Positions 12,128 through 22,287 of a stretch of 64,000 nucleotides of DNA are shown here, piece by piece. Under the pieces are notes generated by a model, which saw only the letters and a program-made list of their open reading frames with translations, did not search any database and was not told the DNA's origin. Made by a program: the position numbers and the translations under genes. Numbering within the stretch: the stretch's first letter is position 1; each line of letters begins with the position of its first letter. Source of the DNA: Blastocladiella emersonii ATCC 22665 (Eukaryota; Fungi; Blastocladiomycota); NCBI GenBank assembly GCA_025594325.1, contig JANHCV010000001.1, positions 4,402,001 through 4,466,000 on the forward strand, written 5' to 3'.

Positions 12128-13294
12128 ATGTCCGAGTGCGTAGCGTCGCGAGCTAGATTCTTCATCCGGTGTGAGCTCATCGCCCGCGCGGCTCCAGCTC
12201 GCTGGACAACTTGCTCGCGTCCCTGCCGCCGTGGTCGTCGACGCACGGCCTCGCCACCTCGCAGGACCTGGCCTTGCTGCTCGGGACGACTGGATCGCAG
12301 CAGCCAGCCTCGAGTGGCGCCTCCCCCTCGACTTTTTCCTCCGCAGGCAGCGGCGCGGCCGCGTGCTATCCCACTCCCTCCCCGAACCTGGAATGCGCTC
12401 CTCCGCACTCGTTCGTTGCGCCGAGCCCCATCGATACCACCTGGCACGGCGGCGCTCCGTTCCTCCCCTACCTCCCCACTCCGCCCCCACCGCAGCCGAC
12501 TTACTCGGTGACGCTCTCGGTCTGCCCTATGCCGCCGTTTGGTGCCGCGCAGCCTGGCGTCGTGCCGGCTGCCGCGACCTACACTGGCGTCGTCCATGAC
12601 GCGACCCTCCGCGCGTTTCTCTTGTCGCTCCTCAATCCGCTTCCTTCCCCATTGGACATGTCCATGGCCTTGCCGCTTCCACCGACGCTTCCCGCACCGT
12701 CTCCGCCCGTCACGATCCCCCTCACCAACTTTGCCGCCGCGGCTATGCCGCTCCCCTCGCCGTCCTTCCCGACCTGGGCGCTCGAGTCGAACCTCGCCGC
12801 ATCCTTTGTCGAGGGCGTCACGGGCAAGCTGTACAACCCGGGCAACATGTTCGAGGTCCCGCTCGCGCTCGTCCTGATCGGCGGTGTCGGCCAGCTCGAC
12901 GCGACCCGTCCGCTCCGATTCAAGGCGCGCTTCCGCTTCTTCTGCATCCAGGACGGCAAGAGCACGACGTATCCCGGTGTCCGCGGCGGCGTCGCCCACG
13001 GCGAGGAGCACGCGGGCGACCACGAGTTTGGCGGCGCGCTCGTCGACGGCCGCATCGAGTTTGCCGTGCCGCTGTTCGGGCTCTCGAGCGGATGAACGAT
13101 CAGCACGCTCGAGTTCACGTCCGTGGTCGTGGATTGCCACGAGGCCGCGTTTGAGCGTACGTGTATCGCGATCCGGGGGTGTGTGCGATGCAGGGCTGAC
13201 GCGTTCTCTTCTTGTAGATCGATACGGGAACCTCAAAAAGTACCGCATCAAGTGCACGCGCAGCCGCAAGCGCGAGACCAGGCGCGGTGAGTAG
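12128..13294 (+). CDS. Orphan gene: Pro/Ser-rich N-terminus, predicted beta-rich C-terminal domain and basic tail; in-frame TGA at 13093-13095 (true end is 13095 or 13294)
   Basis: 8-nt exon 1 (ATGTCCGA) then intron 12136-12197 (GTGCGT..CAG) gives MSDSLDNLLASLPPW in the frame of ORF 12211-13095. After the TGA the frame stays open into a second clean intron 13157-13217 and a final exon ending HRYGNLKKYRIKCTRSRKRETRRGE*. Confidence 0.6.
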
Positions 13295-14339
13295 ACGAAG
13301 CTTTTGATTGTGATAAAGACGACTTTACTTGATGATGGACGGCACCATTGACGTCGGCCAAAGGGTAGAGCTGCCCTTTGACGATAGCGATACGCGTACA
13401 AGTACTTGTGTCCATGAGGTAGAAACTAACGCACACCGGAGCTGCAGCATCCAAGCTCGCGGTGGCGGCGCCAACCCGGCGTGGCGCAACGACGCGTCGC
13501 GAAATCACGTTTTGTCTCCGCCCAAGTGCGAGACGCGTCTCCCCCACCACGAGCATCATCTCCCAGCGACCAAAAATCATCTCAGCGCCACTGCGGGACA
13601 CAGTTACGAGGCGTGAGGGTATCCCGTGGCCCGAGTCAACACTCGGTGCAACGTTGAGCGCTCGCGGACCCGCCCCGGCCCCTCAAATACCGGCCGGATC
13701 CCCGGCCATCCCCTCGCTCTCTCACCTCAAGAGCGAATGACATCCGTTGTTGCGTCAATTCCTAGCTTGTTCCACCGCGCACACCCCCTATCCGTCCCGT
13801 ATGAGCCGCGTCTGTGGCAGAGGCGCGGGCTTCTTGACGACGGCCAAGCGATCATGGCGACGTGTAAAGACAGCGGATGTGGTACGGCTTCGCCCACCAT
13901 GGAGTGTGGATATGGTGCTACTTTATTGCTCGGGTTTGATTCGCCGATGCCTTTGTGGATCGGATGTGTTGCTAGTTTAGCTTGCTGCGATTCGGGCAGC
14001 GCGTCTGCGCGGCTGCCTCAGTCGCCTTCTTTCGTCCATGGCATGTGACCCTCGAGATGGTGAGGACATGACAGCGCGATGCACTCTTCGGTCCAACCTC
14101 TGTGACGATTGAGTAGTTGGGCTTTCGCTGCATTCAACTGGTCATGTCGCGGCCGCGAAGCAGCTTCCTCGCTGACGACTCGGATTCCCATTTCGAACGG
14201 CCGCCTCGCGCTCAGGACGCGGCAGGGCATCTGGCTGTGCGAGCACCGTGACCACGGCGGCAGTCGCAAGTTGTCACACTCCAGGGCCTTGATTACGAGA
14301 AACACGCGTGATATCTATGTACAACAGAGCTACTCTTCT

Positions 14340-16123
14340 CTAGTTCTTCTTCTCGTCGGCGCAGCACACGGCGCACGGGTCGGGGCACCGGTACTGGCAG
14401 TGCGCGGACATGCCGTCGTCGAGAAACTCGGGCTGCACCGTGGTCGAATGGATCCCGACCGTGTGCAGGAGCGTCTTGATCGCCGCCGCCGTCGCCGCGT
14501 AGTCGGCCTCGGCGTCGCGCAGCATCGCGATGTGGACCGTGGCGACCGACTTGGCGTTGTCGAGCTGCCACACGTGCAGCTCGTGCACGCCGACGACGCC
14601 GGGCACCTCGCCGATCTTGCGCCGGATGGCGGGCAGGTCGAGGCCCTCGGGCGCGACCTGCAGCAGGATCGTCGACGCGCGGCGCACCAGCGGGACGGTG
14701 CCCGCGAGCAGCAGGCACGTAATGGCCAGCGACACGAGCGGGTCGAGGTACACGACCCACCGCGGCACCTCGCCCGTGACGGGGTCCATCATGGCCAGCG
14801 CCACGCCCGCCGAGATCATGACCGCGATCGAGCCGAGCGCGTCGCCCAGCACGTGCAGGAACACGCCGCGCATGTTGAGGTCGTGCGAGTGCCCGTCTCC
14901 ACTGGTCTCGTTGGCGTGGTCGTGAGCATGAGCATGGCCGTGCGGCAGCCCGGCCTCGAGGTCGCGCTCCTGGTGCTGCAGCGCCGCCGCGTCGGTCGCG
15001 GCCTGGAGCACCTTGTCGGGGATCGACGGGACGGGTGGCAGCGGCGCGACCTCGTCGGCGGCGACCCGTGCTGTGCCCGAGGTTGTCGAGAGGCTGCGTG
15101 CGCGGAGCACGGGCGACGTGGCGGGGCTGTGGTGGATCGAGCGCGCGTCCGCCGACGACGAAGAGGAGCTGGCGGCCTGGAGGTCAATGGACACCTTGGT
15201 CCCGACGCGCACGATGCGGTACGCGGGGCCCTCGCCCGTGATGGTGCCGCTGTCCATGTTGTTGCCGCCGTTGGTGACGGTGCTGCGCAGCGACGCGGCG
15301 CGCGACTGGTGCGAGCGGATCGAGACGGCGTCGCTCGGCTTGGCGGGCGCCGCGAGCGTGGCCTTGCTGTCGCCGCCGGCGGTTGCTGGCGCAGACGCGT
15401 GGTCGTGGCCGTGATCATGATCGTGATCATGATCGTGGTCATGTGCGTCGTCGCCGTGCGAGTGGCCGCCGTGCGAGTGGCCGCCGTGCGAGTGGCCGTG
15501 GTCTATGTCGCACACTTCAGAGTCAGAATGCATCACAACATCTCGCGACACGATAAGCGCGTACCGTGGAAGAGGAACAGGCCGAGAATGTTGACGCCGA
15601 GGCCGATCGCGCCGACGATGAGGACCTGCTTCGGGTTCTTGATCTCCTCGGGGTTGTAGAAGCGCTCGATCGCGTCCAGCACAATGGTCAGGCACAGCGC
15701 CAGCAGGAACACGCCGTTGATGAGGGCGCCGACAATCTCGGCGCGGCTCCACCCGTACGAGAAGCTGGCGTGGAAGGTGGTGCGGCTCGCGAGCCGGATC
15801 GCGTACAGCGCCACGACGAGCGACAGCACGTCCGACAGCATGTGCCAGGCGTCAGCGACGAGCGCCAGCGAGCCCGAGATGTGCCCGACAACCAGCTCGA
15901 CCAGGAAGAAGGAGCCCGTCAGCGAAAGCAGCGTCGAGATGCGGCCCTGCCGCGACGTGAAGAAGGCCTTGGCCCGCGCAAACGTCGTGGGGTTGGCCGT
16001 AATGTCGGGAACGGCGCCCTGTGATGGCGACTGGTTCGCGGTCATGGTCGAGTCGGCGATGAGCGGGGTTGTCGTTGTGGCGGTGGGGCCGTGATGGTGA
16101 GCGTCGGTTGTCGTGGCGACCAT
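14340..16123 (-). CDS. ZRC1: CDF-family zinc transporter (Zrc1/Cot1/ZnT1-like); 2 exons
   Basis: SLALVADAWHMLSD, SYGWSRAEIVGALINGVFL, His-rich loop, NMRGVFLHVLGDALGS, VHELHVWQL, GIHSTTVQPEF. Confidence 0.92.
15411..15497. repeat. Coding tandem repeats in the His-rich loop: 15-bp unit x3 plus 6-bp GATCAT/GATCGT repeats
   Basis: GCCGTGCGAGTGGCC x3 at 15453-15497. The region encodes HGHSHGGHSHGGHSHG..HDHDHDHD on the minus strand. Confidence 0.85.
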
Positions 16124-16411
16124 GGCGGGCGGGGGCACGCTCGGGTTATGTAGTCCCGCGCTCGAATTCGGGCTATCGATGGGAGCGGGCGGGGAGGGTT
16201 CTCTCACTTCCTTTTGAGGGCGCAAGGGCGGCGGGCGGCGTGGAGAGAGGACCTCCGCGGCCGACCATGGAGGTACTCTGGATTCCGGGCCGCCACGTTC
16301 AGCCGACCCGTGCTTGAAACTCTGGCGGGAAGGACCTGCGCGGCCCTCGCGTTCTCTCTCGAATTCCATCACACGTCGCATCACAAAGAGTCACAACTGT
16401 ATTCTCACAAA

Positions 16412-18005
16412 CTAGGCCTCGATCACCGTCAGCGCCGACCAGTCCACCGTGATAAAGTCAGCGAGCTCGGCAGGCACGACGGGGTCCGCCGTCCACTTGG
16501 CCACCTCGATCTTGGCCACCTTCTCGTCGAGCGCCGCGCGCTTGCCGAGCCAGCGGCGCGACAGCGTGCCGTTGGCGGGCGCGCCCGACGCGGCCGCGAG
16601 CTTGACGCCGTCCTCCTTGAACAGGCGCACCGAGGCGTTGCGCAGCAGGCCAAACAGCACCTCCCACAGGCGGCCGAGGATCGCGGGCGGCAGGCGCTCG
16701 GCGATGCGGTTGAGCCACACGAGCTCCTCGTCCTTTTGCCAGCGAATGTCCGACTTGTACCCAAACTTGTCGCGGTGCGCGACCAGGTCAATGAGGATGC
16801 CCGGCACGTCGAGCAGGTTGAGCGTGACGCGCGCCTTGGCCCGCGCCAGGTTCTTGCCGCCGCCCTCGTGCTGGTTCTTGAGCACAAAGTTGTCGATGGT
16901 GATCCCGCCGAGGCGCGTGTCGCCGCGCGCCAGGCCAAAGTACACATCCCCGATATTGATGTGGACCGGGCCGGGGTTGGTGAAGCCAACCTCGAGGTCC
17001 AGGCCGAGCCCGTCCTTGAACGGGTTGACCAGGATCGGCCGGATCACGAGCGGGCGGTAGAAGAAGAGCTCGGGCGGGTCCATGCGCGCGCCGTAGAAGA
17101 CGTTGAACGTCTGCGCGGGCGTGGCCTTGCTCGGCTCGCCGATCGTGTGCAGCTGGAACCCGCCGAGGTACGCGTTCTGCGCCAGGTCCTTGTATGCGAG
17201 CAGCAGCGGCACCGCGTCGTTGAGCCCCTTCATGACGTCGGGGAAGACCGGGTCGATCCACAGGTGGAACTTGACCTTGCCCTTGGCGACCACCAGGTCG
17301 TTGACCCAGCAGTTGACGAGCACCGTGTCGCCCTCGCCGCGGTAGAAGATGCGCGCCGAGACGGACGGGAAGTTGGCCGTGAGCGGGATCGGGAGCCGGT
17401 TCGAAATGTCCACGTCCACGTCGATGCCGCGCTTGGTCAGCGTCGACTGGATGTTGTCGATGGTGAACGGCCAGTTGGCGTTGTACCACGTCCGCGCCTT
17501 GTCGAGGTACGGCAGCGCGTCGAGCGTCACGTCGATCTTGCCCGCGAGCTCGACAATCGAGTCGGCACTCGACCCGATCCGGATCCCGCGCACCGTCGCC
17601 GACAGCGGGCGGTCCTTTTTGCCCTTGTTGCCGAACAGAATGTCGCCCGACTGGTCAATCACGGCGCCGAGCTCCTTGACCGTGTCGGCGCCCGCCGCGA
17701 ACGCGAGCAGCGTGTCGAGCTTGAGCTTGCCGCCCTCGAGCGACAGCGACTGGACGCGCGGCGTGACGATGGGCACGCCATTGAGCAGCACGTTGAGCGA
17801 CGCGTACCGCAGCGTCATGCGCACGCGATCCGCGAACCGGATCTTGCGCAGGTCCACGGCGACGGACGCCGTCATGGTCGTCGTGTCGGCGAGCCCCGTG
17901 GTCACGTCCTCGATCACGAGCCAGTCGCCGACCGTGTTGACGAGCCCCAGCACCATGTCCTTGACCTGCGCGATCACGGGCGTCACGTCGAGGTTGAGGT
18001 GCACC
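16412..18005 (-). pseudogene. 3' part of a large LEA_2/DUF3712 (Tag1-like) beta-repeat protein gene; 5' end missing or rearranged
   Basis: Open frame with typical codon usage from VHLNLDVTPVIAQ to the stop at 16412, including LEA_2-like LEVGFTNPGPVHINIGDVYFGL..LGGITIDNFVL. Upstream of 18005 the frame runs into out-of-frame or unrelated sequence. The family call is by resemblance only. Confidence 0.6.
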
Positions 18006-18257
18006 ACGAGCCAAACAGAATGCCGTGCGCTGACCAGTTCGATCAGTCGTGCGATCACGATTTTGCGCCACGCGACGCGGTGCGCCACACAACCGCCACA
18101 TCCCGCACGAGCGAGTTTGTCCGGTACTGCTGGAAGCTGCACCGTGCGCTTGTGATCCGGTGCGAGCGCGGCTGCCCGCCTCGTCCGGCCTTTCTCAACA
18201 TCGGTATCAGCGGCCGCCGTGAGCAGCGAAGCCGCGCGCCTCGCAGCCCTCGTAGCG

Positions 18258-18827
18258 GCACGGCATTCTGTTTGGCTCGTCGCCATCCAAGGCCGCCACG
18301 CTGCTCGCCAAGGCGCGCCTCGTGGTGCCGTCGGCCATGGTCACCAACGACAAGCTGTTCGACTACGTGCTCAAGCAGATTGGCGTGTCGCGCTGCCCGC
18401 GCTGCTTAAGCGCCTCGACATTGAGTCGGTCGACGCGGACGTGGGCAAGCAGGTCGCCGTCAAGGCGGCCGCGTCCATTGCGCTCGCCGTCGACTTGTCG
18501 GTCAAGATGCCGTACGCGGGCCTCGTGGCGTTCGTCGATGGTGTCCCGCTCGCCGCCGTCGGCGTGCGCGATATCGTGCTCGCGTCGCGCGACGGCCGCA
18601 TCGGCGTGACGGCCAGCGTCGCGCTCGACCTCAACGAGTCGGAGCCGACCAAGGACAAGGTCGCCGACCTCGTCAACCAGATCGTCGCCAACAAGAACAT
18701 TACGCTCAGCGCGGGCGCCGACTCGGTCGTGTTCGGCGTGTCGCCCGCGGACGCGGTGCAGACCATCAGCAAGGTGCACCTCGACCTCGACGTGACGCCC
18801 GTGATCGCGCAGGTCGAGGACATGGTG
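18258..18827 (+). pseudogene. Inverted internal fragment of the same beta-repeat gene, with a frameshift near 18388
   Basis: Reads GILFGSSPSKAATLLAKARLVVP..KQIGV, then in another frame ALLKRLDIESVD..GADSVVFGVSPADAVQTISKVHLDLDVTPVIAQVEDMV. Its last 55 bp match the start of the minus-strand remnant with 2 mismatches. Confidence 0.65.
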
Positions 18828-19096
18828 TACCGTGGCCATCTATAGCCGCGGCCACCATGGCCAACGATGATCATGGCCAAATCGACTAACTAGCTTTAAG
18901 GCAGACGAGAGACTTGAAGGACAGGAACCAAGAGAGGAATGCACACGCAAAATACTATATGGGATGGGACAGTTATGATACAAGGGTAAAGGGTGGAGGA
19001 GTTGACCAAGGCTATATGGTTCAACGAGGGCAGATAGATACAGCCGCCGTGCAATGGCGCGTGCGACGAACAACACATCACAATACGACCAGCGTC

Positions 19097-20900
19097 TTAC
19101 ACGATCTCCTTGACCTTCTGCGTGGGGCGGTACGAGTCGAAGTGGTCGACGACCTCGGGCGAGTAGAACAGGTCGCCCATCTCCTCAAGCGACTTGCCCT
19201 TGGGCTCGGGGAGCCAGAACGTGAGCAGGAGACCGCCGATCATGCAGGCCGTGAAGATACCCAGGATCAGCGACATGTGCTCGCCGTCCTTGCCCTTGAG
19301 CTGGTCGAAGCCGAAGGCGGCAACGATCGCACCGGCCTTGCCGGCCGCAGCCGAGACACCGTGGCAGCGCGAGCGGAACTTGGTCGGGAACACCTCGGCG
19401 GGGAGCACGTAGGTCGTGGCGTTGGGGCCAAAGTTGAAGAAGAAGTTGGCGGCGCCGCAGATGACGAGGAACCACACGGTGCCCTTTAGCTGGTTGAAGA
19501 AGATGGTGAGGACGAGGAAGATGGCGGTCAGGAACGTGAACCCCATGAGCTGGATCTTGATGCGACCCATCTTCTCGATCAGGAACACGGTGAACCAGTA
19601 GCCGGGAACGGTGCCGCAGAGCGACAGAATGAGGTTGCCGATCGACAGGTTGAGGAAGTACTCGTAGGCGTTGGCACCCGAGTCGTAGCCCATGAACTTG
19701 AGCAGGTCCGACTGGTTGAGCTGGACACCGTAGAAACCGACATCGAGGAGGAACCAGCAACCCGCGGTCGCGGCGAGGACCTTGCCGTTCTTGAAGTTGC
19801 CGAACACCTGCTTGAACTCGAGGTGCGCGTACTTCTCCTGGAGGTAGCCGGGCTCACCGGGCTGGCGCGCGTTGGCCGCGAGGTCGAGCATCACCTCCTC
19901 GTCGCCGTTCTTCATGGCCTCCTCGGCGGCCTTGACGGCCTTGAACGACTCGGACTCGGGCGTCTGCAGGCGGTGGTAGAGGCCGACGAGAGCGGGGATC
20001 ACGCCGAGGAAGAGCAGGATGCGCCAGACGCCGTCGAAGCCCTGCGTGTACGCGGCCTGGTTGTCGGGCGGCGGCATGAGGTACGGTTTGCTGCCGAGAA
20101 TGGTCAGGACACCGGCGAGGGACGCAACGAGAATACCGACGCCCTGCATAGCGAAGACAGCGGCCTGGAGGTGGAGGGGAGGACGGTCAGTTTCGAGTCG
20201 TTTTGCGTCGGATCTTCGCCCAACTCGCTCCGAATCGTACCAGACCGAGTCCACGAGTCTTCGTGACCGAGTTTTCGGACGACACCGAAGCCGACAACGG
20301 ATAATCACCCCTGTGGGAATTTTTCGTTTTCGTTAATATATGGGGTCAGGGGAAGTGGTGGTGGTCGGTGGTGGTCGGTGGTGGTCGGTGGTGGTGGTCG
20401 GTGGTGGCCATGGCCGACCGACCCGGGCCACCCCAAGTCACCCTCGAGTCAGAAAAATGACCGTACCCAATACCCACGCCGAGAACGAAACGCCAGAACG
20501 CGAGGATCGGGCCGATACCGATGGGGGTCTTGGTGTCGGCGGCGGTCGAGGTGTTGATGGTGGCGACGATCATGATGATGAGGACGAGCGAGAAGATGGC
20601 GCGGCGGCCGAAGCGGTCGGCGAGGTAGCCGAACGTGAGCTGGCCAATGAGGGTGCCGGCCTGCGTGGCGGCCTTGAGCAGCGAGGTGGTGGTCTTGGGC
20701 ATGTCCGAGGCCTTGGCCGGGTTGGAGTTCGGCACGAAGAACCACGAGTAGGCGATCATGGGGATGGCGAGGTTGACGACGAAGATGTCGAAGGCGTCGG
20801 TTGCGAATCCGATGCCCGAGACGAAGATGGTCTTGAAGTTGATGCGCGTGGCCTTGCCACTGTCGAGCTCGGCGAACTCGGCGGCAGCAGCGTTCGTCAT
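19097..20900 (-). CDS. PHO84: Phosphate:H+ symporter (MFS); 3 exons (20900-20467, 20310-20241, ~20165-19097)
   Basis: SGIGFATDAFDIF, FGYLADRFGRR, spliced GIGGDYPLSA..E..TRG..AAVFAMQG, WFLLDVGFYG, FFNFGPNATTYVLPAEVFPTKFRSRCHGVSAAAGKAGA. Confidence 0.93.
20355..20407. repeat. Intronic minisatellite (GTGGTCGGTG)n in PHO84 intron 1
   Basis: Three exact 10-bp units plus degenerate flanks, visible directly in the sequence. Confidence 0.9.
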
Positions 20901-21597
20901 GGTGGTGAAGTGCTGCGTCTAGTCGAGGAGGGAGGGACGGCGAGGCGGATGTCGCCGAGAGAGGAGAAGGACAAGGATGAATGCGGCCGGAGGTCGATTG
21001 GAGAGCAGAGCGCGGGGAGAGCGGGACGGGCGGAGGCCTTATAGGTCTGGCCGGCGGCCGGGGCGCATCGTGCGTGCGGAAGCGGAAGGCCGCGGCCGAG
21101 GTCCGGCAGCCGGGCGGCGTCGTCACCAGCCAAGCCTTGCGAGCCCGAAAGCGGAACACTGCACTTTGAAACGGACCCTGTCCGAGCCAAGACGCACGAA
21201 AACGTGTTCGTGCACGTCCGTAAGCTGTCTGAAGCCTTCACAGAAGCGAGGATCATTGTACGAGACCACAAGTCGTGATTCTTCGCTCGATCTTCTCGGC
21301 GACCCTCATGATCGCCGTGGGTGGCACAGCACCGCTGCAAGCTGCGCACGAGGGACCCCCAGAATACGGCTGGAAGCCGCCTGCCTCACGCTGAGCAACT
21401 GTGTGCGACGTCACCGTGAACGTGTCCGGCCGCGGGCGACAGTGTGCACCGTCACCGTGAACGTGTTCAGCGACGAGGGCCCACGCCATGTCCCACGGGC
21501 ACCACGAAGCCTCATCTTCGCCCTTGGCACGTTTTGCTGACGTGGAACGGCCTGGACGCATGAGCGCCATGAGGGACGGGGCTGGCTTGGTCCCGCA

Positions 21598-21699
21598 GAG
21601 TCGCATGATGAGGGCGAGAAAACGTTTTCGTGCTCGAGGCAGCTCAGCCGGCGTTGCATCACCGCATCACTTGATCACCACGCTGATCTGAAACGACTC
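21598..21699 (+). ncRNA. Candidate orphan box C/D snoRNA
   Basis: Box C ATGATGA 21605-21611, box D CTGA 21688-21691 (a second CTGA at 21683), terminal stem GAGTCG/CGACTC. No rRNA-complementary guide recognised. Confidence 0.3.
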
Positions 21700-21935
21700 G
21701 CGACATCGACGCGTCTCGCACCGCGTCCCGTAATACACCGACCAGGCTGTTCGGCCGGCCGCTCGAACGAATGTATAAGAATGCACGAAGCTAAAGTGGC
21801 GGGTCTAGGCCGAAGGCGGGGCCTTCGATCGAGTATTTATTTAGTGATCAGAGTGGTGATCCCGTTTCACGCTGGACGCCCACAGCAACGGCTCGCGTGT
21901 GATCACGCAGTGGCGCTCCGCGACCACCGCGTCTG

Positions 21936-21942
21936 CATAAAT
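21936..21942 (+). promoter_or_regulatory. TATA-like box of snoRNA unit copy 1
   Basis: CATAAAT about 28 nt before the start of the near-identical block. The equivalent position in copy 2 is TATAAAT (32029-32035, minus strand). Confidence 0.5.
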
Positions 21943-21999
21943 CTTCCGTGCTGACCCACACCCGCAGACCTGGTCCTTGGATCAGTCCACTTCGGTGGG

Positions 22000-22151
22000 C
22001 CAACACGAACTGCCACGGAGCCCGGTTGGACAATGACCGAGGCTTTGTCCAAAACTATAGTTGTGATGTGAGAGCCACACGTCCTATAGGAATCCCCAGT
22101 GAAGGTCGTCAAAAAGAGAGACCCTGGGGGGCTGACACAGGACGGATACTC
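22000..22151 (+). ncRNA. snR34: Box H/ACA snoRNA, snR34/U65(SNORA65)-like, copy 1
   Basis: 3' hairpin: lower stem CGTCCT/AGGACG, upper stem TCCCCAG/CTGGGGG. Pocket strands ATAGGAA (22086-92) and GCTGACA (22131-37) pair around LSU UGUCGGC-UC-UUCCUAU (yeast Psi2880). AUA box at 22146-48, 15 nt from the pocket. 5' hairpin contains CTGCCAC, complementary to GUGGCAG 3' of yeast Psi2826. Confidence 0.8.
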
Positions 22152-22189
22152 AACTTACGTTGCTGCTTTACGTGACCGCTTGAGACGAT

Positions 22190-22287
22190 TCGATGCAGAT
22201 GATGACCATGGCTTACGCCAGTCGAAACTAGCCCAGAGGGCCGTGTTGTTTCAACGTTAACCATCTTTCGGGGCTGACACGCATCGA
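22190..22287 (+). ncRNA. snR39B: Box C/D snoRNA, snR39B/SNORD2-like, copy 1
   Basis: Box C ATGATGA 22199-22205, box D CTGA 22274-22277, terminal stem TCGATGC/GCATCGA. Guide ACCATCTTTCGGG is complementary to LSU CCCGAAAGAUGGU; the 5th nt upstream of box D pairs with the G equivalent to yeast Gm805. Confidence 0.88.

Noticed and set aside
13340-13392. Hairpin with TTGA..AAA..GA resembling a SECIS
   Set aside because: The spacing from the putative quartet to the AA is too short (8 nt), and helix II does not pair next to the GA quartet.
18279-18773. Missing segment X begins with GT and ends with AG, suggesting a spliced retrocopy junction
   Set aside because: Exact GT-AG removal would give GGCTCGTGCACC, but the genome has GGCTCGTGGTGCACC. 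X is also clearly coding sequence and lacks a branch site.
21528-21533. CACGTT (Pho4-like site) upstream of PHO84
   Set aside because: It is a single low-affinity 6-mer, and I cannot support Pho4-type regulation in this lineage.
21672-21905. Three TGATCA palindromes upstream of the snoRNA TATA box
   Set aside because: They are absent upstream of copy 2, and a 6-mer can recur by chance.
21859-22175. Short ORFs present in both repeat arms (MTTFTGDSYRTCG.., MLTHTRRPGPW..)
   Set aside because: Their conservation is explained by the overlapping snoRNAs. Codon usage is atypical and indels between the copies ignore frame.
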